DNA of 62,673 nucleotides, counting the filler, from Choristocarpus tenellus KU-1152 (Eukaryota; Protista; Phaeophyceae): the NCBI GenBank assembly GCA_964200185.2. It is 12 parts of 12 records of this genome, joined end to end, with 100 filler letters (N's around TTAATTAATTAA, not from the genome) between each part and the next. Parts side by side here need not be neighbours in the genome. Positions count along the whole stretch, not along the records: positions 49,694 to 52,400 come from CAXNAD020025443.1; positions 52,501 to 57,867 come from CAXNAD020011018.1; positions 57,968 to 62,673 come from CAXNAD020013391.1; 9 more parts are not named here. One strand, 5' to 3'. Within the stretch, counting starts at the first letter, position 1, and each line of letters begins with the position of its first letter. The notes below the pieces were generated by a model, which saw nothing but the letters and a program-made list of their open reading frames with translations, was not told the DNA's origin and did no database searches. Below, piece after piece: positions 52,191 to 62,673 of the stretch. The translations under genes and the position numbers were made by a program.

Positions 52191-53624
52191 GGTACCCCCC
52201 CATCTATACACTCGACATCCTGACTTTTTTTTCCAACGCATATCTTCAATAATATCGACATTTCTTGTACATCCCTACACTCAACAACTCCAAAATCTTG
52301 AATCGTAGTAGTAACGATTGCACCTCGCCTTAACAAACAGGAAAAAAGGAAAATGACAAATTGACTGATAAGGCTCAAAGTATCTGGGAGGGGGTGGCGG
52401 NNNNNNNNNNNNNNNNNNNNNNNNNNNNNNNNNNNNNNNNNNNNTTAATTAATTAANNNNNNNNNNNNNNNNNNNNNNNNNNNNNNNNNNNNNNNNNNNN
52501 CCCCCCTTCCCCACCCCCACCCCCACCCCTGCTCCCTGCCCCGCCCCTGAACTTATTCCCTTCCCCTTTCCCCTGGATCTGCTGTCTGCCGGAGATAGAC
52601 GAACCAACAACTTTGCTCCGCACATCAATGATACCTAACGAGGCCCTTTTCCTCCCTGTTTGAAAGGATGGACGAATGCAATCATTCCCCCGGATGGCGC
52701 CAGTCTGAAATTGCAAACCCTCCTCATACCTCTGACAGCAGGCTTGCATGCCCCTGCACTTATTAGCACCCTTCAAGATAATGCCGGCAGGGTATTGGCA
52801 TTTGCACGTCCCAGGAGGGGGACTGCCTGTACCTTGGCAGGCAGAGCTCACGAATGGTTTCAAAACTGTCGCTACTACATTGGGTAGGTTTAGATCCCAC
52901 AGGGAGATTACAAACTGTGATTTGGTAAAAAAATACAAAAGAAGAGGAACCAAAATAGGGAACGGAGGGGTGTGAGTTTGGAGGGTACAGAGGTGAATGA
53001 GATGAGCCAGCAGTGTGTCAGGCAGGGAAAACTTCTATCAGAAGAAAGGGTGCACCCACAGGGGATCCAGGTTTTTGAAATACAACTGTTCAAAACAAAA
53101 CAATAGAGTGATGTATAGCACCTTAGTTAGGAGCACATCTTTGGCTTGACTCTAGCTCAAGTACACCCTGCATCCACTGTATTTTCTAACACTACACCAA
53201 AGCCCCCTAAAATATTCAGTGGTGTTTGACAATTTCCACGGGGATGTGTCTGTTAACAGCACCTCTGCAATCACAACAGCAATGTCTGGACCAACTCAAC
53301 TCTACAATCCAGTCCACTTGCAGTATCAAGGAAGGTGTACATATACAGAGAGTTCAATAAAGTATGCACCCCCCCCTGCTCCTTGACCTGGGTGGTTTAG
53401 GATAGGTAAGAATCTGCAACAGCATACCAGGAGTCAAACGATCACCTCCAGAATGGGCTTAGGGTTAGGGTCACATGCGATCCTCAATACATTATTCACC
53501 TGTCACTGGGTGCTACTGAGCTCAGATGGGCAATACCATTGTGTGAATGTTATGTTCGAGATACCCACACATGTAGTTAATGGGTACAGTGTATGCCTAT
53601 TAAGACCAGTGCAGTAGAACTAAC

Positions 53625-55156
53625 TTTGTGGAACAGGCGGAGATATCGGCAACCTCCAAGCTGCACAACAACTCCCCGAGTGGATCTGTGCCTGGCCCGT
53701 TGCATTGCCTCAAGAAGGCTGGAGGCAGGAACCCAGGCAAAATCTGTCTTCTCGCATAGTCCTGAGGATCATATGAAATAACAGGTGACACAAATGCACC
53801 ACAGGTAATACCTTGGTTAGCACTGAGTTATAGTACAAGCCTGTGCATTGAAAAATACTAGGAAGGAAACAGAAGAGTACGTACAGGAGGGGGAGAGGAA
53901 AGACTGTAGATGAAAAATACAAAAAAGACCGAAGAAAGTATCTAATTACATTCAACTTCTTCAAAATTTGTCCATGATGTAAGTGAAGACAGAAACTAGG
54001 AGGAGGGATTGCTAATCGGGAAAACATACCTCATTAACATTTTCTCTTGGCCTTCACCTTCGGGTCGAAGCACGCACAGATAGGACAGTGGCTTTTGGCC
54101 TCTCGCCCTGCCTCTTTACTATTAGTTCCCTGCTTGCCCACCTTTGCCGTCCCCGCCTTCGCCTAGTCCCCTTTCAACCACCTCCTTGCGAGCCAGCTGA
54201 AGCATCATGTCTGGAACGTACTGAACGTTTGCCACAAACATCACATATCCCCCATTGCGGCACTTGAACACACGAGTACCCCTCAAGGTAGGGTCACGAA
54301 GTTGGACCTCCATCGCAGCCTGCTTACGGGAGATGGGGGGGATACAATGTTGTTCTAGGGACAGGGTGGGGACCACTATGGGAATACAAAACGAATATTT
54401 GTGGTGCTGTGTACCAAGGTAAGGGCAGGAGTGGGAGCACTGTCGCGTGTCATCAGTCTTATTGAAGTTTGAGAAAGCATAGGTAACATATGCTCTTAAA
54501 GTGGAATCCAGCACAAACAACTCAGTTGGAAGCGATTCATTCCTGTGAGCGGTAGAGGTCAAAGGTTCCCGTAAGGTTGGAAAACTTGACGGGGAGAGTC
54601 GCCAACGATAGCTAATCCAAACGGAAGTGACGTAACTCACCTGACTCAACTTTACGCTGTCAGCGTTTAGGCACACACCATTGAATAATCCAAGACTTTC
54701 CTCAGCAAACTCCCTGCTAGCCGTTTCCTCGGCATCAGCGTCGCCACATTCTCTGGAGCCACCAAAGTCAGACCACAAAAGACCTAGGGGCTCGCCTTCT
54801 TCTATAGAAGATTGAAGTCGCTCATCTTTCATTTCACTGACTGAACCTTCCTTCCCAGAAACGGTGAGGACCACTTCTGAATTGCAAGGATCCTTCTTCA
54901 TGAGGGGTTGATCGCCCTGAGACGGTGAAGGGGAAGATGTTTTTTTCCTGAATGCACACCTAGGCTCCTGGCCAAGAAGAAATAGGAGGTCTCCTCCTAA
55001 AAAACAAAAGGGCAGGACACCTGCAGCCCCGTAGGAAGTATTCACAGGTATTTCAACAGAGTGGTTGGGTAAATTCACTGGGATAATCGGCATGATGGGG
55101 TTGGCACACAAAGGTTCCTCTGCCATCACCACAACATCTGGCAAGAGATCTGTCAC
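53625..55156 (-). CDS. Nudix hydrolase domain protein, spliced
   Basis: Exons ~55156-54641, 54319-54142 and 53761-53625 join in frame. They give GAAGVLPF...LFLLGQE, the Nudix box WSDFGGSRECGDADAEETASREFAEESLGLF, YVMFV and EKTDFAWV. Terminal exons not resolved. Confidence 0.82.
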
Positions 55157-57967
55157 ATTATTTCATGGTTAGGTTGAAAATCATATTGTTACATATAACT
55201 CCTTTGTCATAGGCCTTCCAATGTATACCAATCAATCAATTTTGTCCCTTTGTGTTTCCTTTGTTGTTTACACTTCATCGAGGAACAGCAATGTCGATCG
55301 TGGTGTGGTATGAGCTTCAGGTGAGACTTGCATCTAAATTTCCATGTTTTTTGTATAGGCTAGACAGTGTGCCAACCAGGTTGATTACCGTCTCGCAAAT
55401 CCACTGTAGTATTTTACAAGTTTCCGGACTGGAGTAGATTCGGACGTGCAGAGAGGAAGAAATGGTAGACTACCTTTCAGTCTCGAACAACTGCCTACCT
55501 CCTGGTGAAGTGAGGTTCAATCGGGATATTTAATGCCACCTTGCTATTTCCGAATTCTCTTCTTGTACCCTCGGAGGTACATCGTGTCGTTTTAATTTGT
55601 GGGATGGGTGCACTTTTTGTTGGGGTTTTTGTCGACTTGCAATGGGTATGGTGGGAGATATGTGTATCATTTCGTGGCGACATTACGACGAGGTAGATTT
55701 TTTTGCATCAAATTGTATTTGTGCTTGTGTAGGGCCTAGTGGACGAGCTTATATCCCTCGCAAAGAGTTTTTTGTAGATGGGTAGGACTTCCCGTTGTTC
55801 AATACAGCGTATGTAGGGAGTAGGAAAGTAAGTTTGAAGAATGTGCGACCTCGCTCCCAAGGAAAATCTGAAGCATCCTCCATTGCTTTAGCTTGTAAAT
55901 AGAGCTCATCTGACTAGGATCCATTTCTTCTGCTTGATATGTTGCCTTCATGGTGGGCAAACGGGGTTTTCATTGCCCTGCCTGACTTCATCCGGCAACT
56001 TCGAGGTCTCCCCGCTTGAGCGTGCGGTATTGGTACTTCTATAGTACACCCTCCTTGCCATTACGAGCTGTCTCGAGGCATGAGGGACTTGTGTGTTTCC
56101 TAGTAAGAGGTGTCTGGTTGTGAAAATAGTAGTGTGTGAGTAATCCCTCATGGTACCTGGGTAGTTTACAGTGTTAGGTACGACAAAATAAGTCGTATTG
56201 TCACTGAGTGAGCATATCAATCAAGTATGCGTGGAGTAACAAAGGGTAGTTTGTTAAATTCAAGAGGTGGGACTGGGGAAGGTATTGTTGCAAATGCTTT
56301 TCTTGTTTTTGAGGATGTGAGACCACCTTTCACTCGCAACATAGTGTATGGGTGTCTACTGCACACCTCAGATATCATAACTCTCAACCTTAATGTTGCC
56401 CTATAGTATTTGGTCAAAGTCGATCCTCTTTGTCTGTTGATCAGGGAAATGCTAGGGTCCGTATCCTCAATAAATTCCATTACGGAAAGAAAGTTTGGGG
56501 ATATTTGCTTTGCTTTGGTCGACTGGTGTCCAGCAAACACTCAACCCCATTGCTACGTATTGCCCATTGCTCAGCCCTGCACTTGCACCCATTATCTGTT
56601 TTGAGAGCAGAACTCACTGCTATTTGCAGTTCATTGCCCATGAATCAGCAATCAATTGGGGTTGTGTGCCCTGTAGCAACAGTTACCATTTATGAGGCGG
56701 CAACTTTGAGGGTCTATACTTGCGTATTTTTTGTTATTTATCACATATTTTTCCACTACCTAGGGCACAAGGCGCAGTTGATTCTTCATATTTCACATTT
56801 CACATTTCATCATGTTTTTGTTGAGCGTTGGCTTTGACAAGTGTGTGAAATGGGTGCATTCCATCTTAATAAACACTATCGTCTATACGTTCACTGCTCT
56901 TGTGTTTTATTATTTTGCATCCGCAGCTTTCCGAAACGTGTACATTTTTTGGAAATAACTAATCTAAGACATTGGTTAGAACTGATTCTTGATGGAACAG
57001 AAGGTTACAACGAAAACTGCAGAGCCGCCACATCATCTACAGACCCAGGCGCCTGCGGTGAAAAAGGGTCAGAGTGCGTCTCTGAGCATATGTAGTCTTC
57101 GTACACTTTCCCCCACATCCTTAGGCATGGCACCAGAACCCTCGGGAGTATTCATGTTGTCAGTATCACGCCTGTCATATAGGAAATGTTTGAGGCTATT
57201 TGCTTAATAGTGATTGTTGTACAGCAAAGTCCCAAATCGCATCCGCACACTTGCCCGTAATGTTCATCAACCACCAAAGCACGCTGGGCTACTTCCTATG
57301 TAATACTCGTTGCTCGGCAAATGCCCGGCTGGGGTCAGTTGCCCTGTAGCAGGTACTGTTCAGCAAACTCTCTCATCTATGGCATCTGATATCAGGACAA
57401 GGGTTCAGTCCATTTGCTGCAGAAGTTTTGTTGTCAGGGCACTGCTCTGTTGTCTTGAATGCTGCTCAAAGACATGGAGTTGTGTTACAAGAGTAGTTCC
57501 TTTTTTGTGTGTGTGTGTGTGCGTGTGGGACTTGCTGTAACTCAATACGGAGTAGAGCTGAAAGATAGAATTGTCAACCTTACAGTCCATCGTCTCCCCC
57601 CCTCTTTGACCCACGCAGGGAGATGAAGACGACCCTGAGACAGGTGTCAAGTCGAGCTTCGAGCTCTTGAAGCCCCTACCCCCACGGGGTTTGACTCTGA
57701 TGGGACTGCGAAGGGCATTTCCATTCTTGGGAACATTCCACTTCCGCCTGCGGGTGAGAAGAGAGTGGATGTCATGGGGGGGGGGGGGGGACTCTGCAGA
57801 CATTGTTACTTTGTTTTGGGATGGTTTTTGCTACTCTTTTATGGTTGAAATGAGATTCCGTGTCCCTNNNNNNNNNNNNNNNNNNNNNNNNNNNNNNNNN
57901 NNNNNNNNNNNTTAATTAATTAANNNNNNNNNNNNNNNNNNNNNNNNNNNNNNNNNNNNNNNNNNNN

Positions 57968-59585
57968 GATTGACCGGAGGAGTTTCCCAGGATCCGCAAT
58001 TGTTTTCTTGTAAGTTCTCAAGAGTTGTTTGAGCTAGACTCTTCCAACTCTATCCGACAGTTCTGGTAAAATATGTATGGAGTAAAGGAACAATCAATAG
58101 TGGTTGAGTTATCAGAACCATTTACTAGTGATGAGTTGTATGAGAAAATTCTCATATAATAGGAAATATTGAAGATTTTATGGGGTGCTACATGACCCAC
58201 TTCACTTTAATCAATCACTCTACATACACCAAGCAATCTCGCTGGTTTTATCACCTTTATCTTCTTTGATGATTTGGGAGATACTTTATCACACTGCCCT
58301 TCCCATAAACCCATCGTCATCCTCGCCACCCGAGCTTTCATTATCTGACTGGTCCAAGAATTTCTCGAGCAGCTGGTCTCTCATGTCCTCTAGTGTCGCA
58401 TTGACCGCTTCATTGTTGTCTTCACACCGATCCACGCTCTTGCTGCGTTGATGGAAGCCTGGGACGGCTTTCCACCGGGTTTGAGGAGCAGAGCGTAAAG
58501 AGCATTAGAGAGATCCTCATTAATATATAGGGACACCTTGTGTGGGATGTTACCTCTACGGAAAAAACGACCACCTGTGATACTACAGTACATAATACAG
58601 ACATTAAAGTACGACAGAAACGAGCGCAAAATTTCAAAGATTAAATCATGATCCTCATTAACAGACAGCGCATAAAGACATTTTAACAACGATCGCAATC
58701 AACCTAGTTTAAGAATTTCAATCCACATGCTGATGCACCTCGGTATTTTTGGCACCCCTCGTAGACTTGGTATCAGGCGTTAGCGTCTGTGCTTTCTCCA
58801 TGATGGTTCTTGCCTCCTTCAACTTGTAGAGGGTGCTGTGACCGATTCCAAACTTTTGAGCAACCGCAGTTCCCGGCATAGTCTTCAGGAGTTTCAATGC
58901 TTCCGCCTTCTCTACCAAACTCAAGCGCTTACAATTGTCGGCACCGCGAGGCTTGTAGGACGCGGCTTTCTCCGTAGATATATTTAGCAGCACCTTCCTC
59001 TTGCCCTTGTTCTTGTTCTCATGGCACTTCGATGCTGTGTTGTCATTGGCTGGAGGACTCGAAGCCTTGCGCTTGGTGGGGCTCTCGCACAATTTGCACA
59101 TGCGTTTCATTTCGCTAGCACCAGAAGGATCCTCGATGCCGAAAATGCCATGAAGATAGCCGCTACAACGCGACGCTAATGGTATGTATAGTGTGGTGGA
59201 CCAGGAGTATTACCCTGCATGTGCAGCTGGATCCTGCTGCGCAGGGTATTGTTGTATATGTACAACGTAATCGTCTAACCCTTGATCTGATATACTGTAT
59301 GTACTCTACTGTGCAGTACTGAGAGACAAAGACTGCTATGTTGCGTATTACTGGTATCGAGCAGGATTGTGACTTTGTTATATTTGGTTAACTTTAGATA
59401 CGGCTTTTTGTGAAACCTTGGTAGAGTATTGGGGAAAAAATGCAACTTTGCTCAATATAAGAGAGAATTGGGAGGAAAACGCCAAAACCTCTCTTACACC
59501 CTGAAAAGTCGTGACAAGGAAAATTACCCTCTCTTATATCCCGTTTTCTCTAATATCGACCTCTCTTATATAGGTACACCGACTG
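57968..59585 (-). mobile_element. Internally deleted pogo/Tigger-like DNA transposon, 5' end with TIR
   Basis: Minus strand starts TA|CAGTCGGTGTACCTATATAAGAGAGG with repeated tataagagag subterminal motifs. ORF 59110-58718 has the psq/CENP-B-type HTH KRLSLVEKAEALKLL...AVAQKFGIGHSTLYKLK. An acidic tail lies near 58300-58440. No DDE domain seen. Confidence 0.78.
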
Positions 59586-59609
59586 TACAGGGGAGAGAGA
59601 GGTGAGGAA

Positions 59610-61290
59610 TGAAAAAGAAAAAGTAGTCTATGGGTGAACGAAGAGTAGTTAATAATTAGGAGGTAGAAGTGACAGGAAAGAAATTAAAGAAGTGGTTGGT
59701 AGGTGGAGGCACAAGGTAATAAGGAATGGCCGGTATGTACAGAATACCAAGGGCTGGCAGTACAAGACGAGGAGGTGGTAGAATAAGACCGAGCAAGCTC
59801 TCGTCGGAATAGATCAAGGCAGAACCCGAGCAATCTTTCCTACAGTTGAAAGAGAGAAAGGCCCTGTGGAAAGGATCAGGATGCTTGAGATCAAAATATA
59901 CAAATGCTAGGGAAAAGCCCACAAGGCAAGGGAGATGATAACTGTGACAATGAAAACATCGTAGATAAGAGTATGGTAGGAATGGGACATGTGTGGTGAA
60001 GTGTGTAGATTCGACACAATGCAAAGGGTATCTGGGGAAATCCATACAAGAAGAAATAACGAAGGACTGACCACGATGCTATGGTGTAGTGAAACAGGAT
60101 AGATGCGTAAATGATGAATCGGGCGATTCCTATGGTAGTGGCTCTGGCAGAGGTGGGAGTACTGTTAATACTGTAGGTTATAAATGCTAATACTTCATAG
60201 GTTGGCACACACAGGAGGACGGAAAAGGGTTGAGGTTCCTGCCAGAGTTACAGTCAAAGGGGTAGACGGGGACGAGTAGTAGAGTGCATCGTTTATGTCA
60301 CAACCATGGTCATCCAATGGAGTTCACAATAATAAGAAAAGATAAAGGGTCAGGGTAGAAGTAGTGTACCTGCGACAATGTTGTAAAGGAAGTGCGGTTT
60401 AGATATTGCTTGAAATATAGAGCTGGGGCAGATATCAGATTAATATCGATCGGTGATAGAGTGTGTGGGTTATTTTCCACTGCCTATATCATTCACCCCA
60501 ACCCATATGGCAAGAAATATCGGACAGCATGGGCTCATCGTAGGATGGTGTAGAGGGGACCATTCCATTCAAGGTTCACATGTGGAAGGTACAAGGCTAG
60601 TAATGGGACGTTTATTGGGCATAGGCACCCTGTGAATCAATGGTTATGTCAATATGAGTAGGCATAGATTTTATGCAGCATAGCTACAAGCTGGGAGATA
60701 ACGTAGTATAAGAAACAAAACAAATAAGAAAACCTATATAGATATTCAGAGTACTGAATGAGGGCATGTGGTAGGTGCGGATTTTAGGTGGAGTGAACGC
60801 CACGAGAGTAATAATTGGGGATTGGTAATAGATGTATGGCCGGGGATACGATGATTAAAAACGAGATGCGATAGTTAAAAGAAATGGACTGGGCGAGAGC
60901 ATCATATTGGAAAGTATGCAGGAAGGGCACACCAATAAAAAGAGGGGGGGAGGGGAATGATTTACAGTAGCTCCTGCACCACTCTGTGTGTAAATTTAAG
61001 ATAACCTTGAGAGTAAAGGGCTACTGCTTACAATGGTAGGTTACATTAAAGGGCTTTAGATTGCTTGATGTATGACTGAAAAGTGGGATTGGGACTACAA
61101 TGTATGACTGCTTAAGGAGGATTCGTGGGCATCCTTTCTACAATCATCAACAAATCGCCATAGTGAAGGAAAGTGATAAAAGAAGAAGGTATAATGCCGA
61201 ATAGTAGGATACTCAGTTCAAGTCAATAAAGGGGCGGGGGGGGAGATTCAGGTCAAAATCGTGGGGTTAATCAGACAAGATGGTACGGCA
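59610..61290 (-). mobile_element. Interspersed repeat, decayed non-LTR-retrotransposon-like (copy 2)
   Basis: Collinear with 30085-32324 but lacks the MITE and the 157-bp duplication. Confidence 0.6.
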
Positions 61291-61566
61291 TGAAAGTCTC
61301 CAACAGTTCGAGTTGCACAAGGAGTGCAAATGGATGTGTTCAATTGAAAGGAAGATATATGAATAATATGCTACATTCCCCTCAGTGTTGATTTGAAATA
61401 CACATATATATATGTACTTGTATTTTTATTGACATAGAGTTGCCTAGAGATGCGAATTGTCTAGATGAGCCCTGAACCATCTCAGAAATATGCGCATTTT
61501 GCTGATCCTAAGTACATATATAACGATGAATGTCTCACGTCGTAGTCAACTCAACGGCAGTTATGA

Positions 61567-62422
61567 CTGATCTAGACTAATACATGCACATTACACGTTC
61601 TAGTCCTTAGGGAACCCCTCCAGACTATTCTCTACCATATTACGCAAGGCAATGCTGAGGAGGGTGCATGAACAATTTGAGTAATGGGTTGATCCCTGAC
61701 TAGGAGTAGGAATGTGGACTTGAGAATAAAGGCGCGACACAGGCATTGAATGGAGGTGATCTTCAACACAGCCTTCCAAGGTAAGAGAAGTTAAGAACGT
61801 ACAGTGGGGGGGAGCAGGACAGACTTATGAAACTCCTAATCAAACCAGCTGAACCGTGTCAAAGCATTAAATATTACAGATTCTATCTCAAACTGTCAAG
61901 CATTGTAATTAAAAAATGAAAGAAATAAAGAAAGTAAAAGGGGAGTTTAATGTCAGAAACACAACGAGTATGTGGGTAGCCAAGAATTGGGGTACTAAGA
62001 CTAATCTAGACTAATACATGCATGTTACACGTTCTAGTATTTACGGAACCCATCCAGACTAGCCTCTACCAGATTACGCAAGGCAATGCTGAGGAGGGTA
62101 CATGAAAGATGTATGAGCAATGGGTTGATCTCTGCCTAGGGGTGGGAATGTGAACTTGAGAATACAGGTACAACATAGGCATTGGATGGAGGTGATCTCC
62201 AACAGCCTTCCAAGGTAAGAGGGGTTCAAGAACGTAGAGAGAGGGGGGGAGGGGGGGGGAGGGGTAGACTTATGAAATTTCTAATCAAACCAGCTGAAAC
62301 CCATCAAAGCATTCAGTTTTACATATTCCATCCCAAACTATCCAGGAAAAATACAAATGTAAAAAGGAAGTTTAATGTCCGAAATACAAGGAGTGTATGG
62401 GTAACCAAAAACTGGGGTACCA
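61567..62422 (+). repeat. Diverged tandem duplication, ~430-bp unit x2
   Basis: atctagactaatacatgca...acacgttctagt, ttacgcaaggcaatgctgaggagggt, cagccttccaaggtaagag and ctaatcaaaccagctgaa each occur twice about 430-450 bp apart. Confidence 0.88.
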
Positions 62423-62673
62423 AGTGTGAGAAAGCCTAGCCGCAGTGATAGAACTCAACAATGACTTTAAGGGACTTTATGCGGGCGCAATATACCATAC
62501 CCTAAGGATATTTCACCGGAGACTAGCTGGCTTGGGTGCGTTAATTATTACTCCATACCTATAAAAAAGGAACAAGGTGGGTCATTGGTCACGCGAGTCT
62601 GCCTTGGGGCTTTATTTTGGCGACTGGTGTACCCGTTGGGACTACACCAGGGGGGGGGCTGCTTGGGTAGACT

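Noticed and set aside
57405-57803. 132-aa minus ORF as a gene or first exon of the Nudix gene
   Set aside because: It has an ATG and a plausible donor near 57583, but I could not link it in frame to downstream exons and it shows no recognisable domain.
11940-57867. Patched, ankyrin, kinase, sacsin and Nudix genes as a functional cluster
   Set aside because: Each gene is on a different contig joined by artificial linkers, so there is no evidence of linkage.
26-62439. Most short ORFs in the six-frame track
   Set aside because: They fall in introns, microsatellites, MITEs or antisense to exons, and many use non-ATG starts. They are not supported as genes in a spliced eukaryotic context.

Overview
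This is eukaryotic, repeat-rich, intron-rich draft sequence, not a prokaryotic locus. The window is 12 short contigs joined by eleven identical 100-bp artificial linkers (N44-TTAATTAATTAA-N44), so adjacency across linkers is not evidence of linkage. By inference from gene style, long introns and TTAGGG tracts it is probably a stramenopile such as a brown alga; I cannot confirm this. By tracing GT-AG junctions I rebuilt five partial spliced genes: a Patched/NPC1-family membrane protein, an ankyrin-repeat protein (possibly TRP-channel-like), a TKL-type kinase with a helical C-terminal region, a sacsin-like protein and a Nudix hydrolase. Most remaining DNA is decayed mobile elements: pogo/Tigger, Ty1/copia, Ty3/gypsy, a twice-present non-LTR-like repeat, and two homologous intron-containing Sola2-like transposase remnants. 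A ~255-bp MITE with GAG...CTC ends occurs 8 times. The best lead is a possible Sola2-like transposon system (transposase, MITE and a fold-back terminus) that leaves 3-bp rather than the 4-bp target duplications described for Sola. The second lead is an unassignable decayed locus at 8.4-11.7 kb with a 62-codon tandem repeat and an inverted paralogous fragment. No CRISPR array or rRNA gene is supported.
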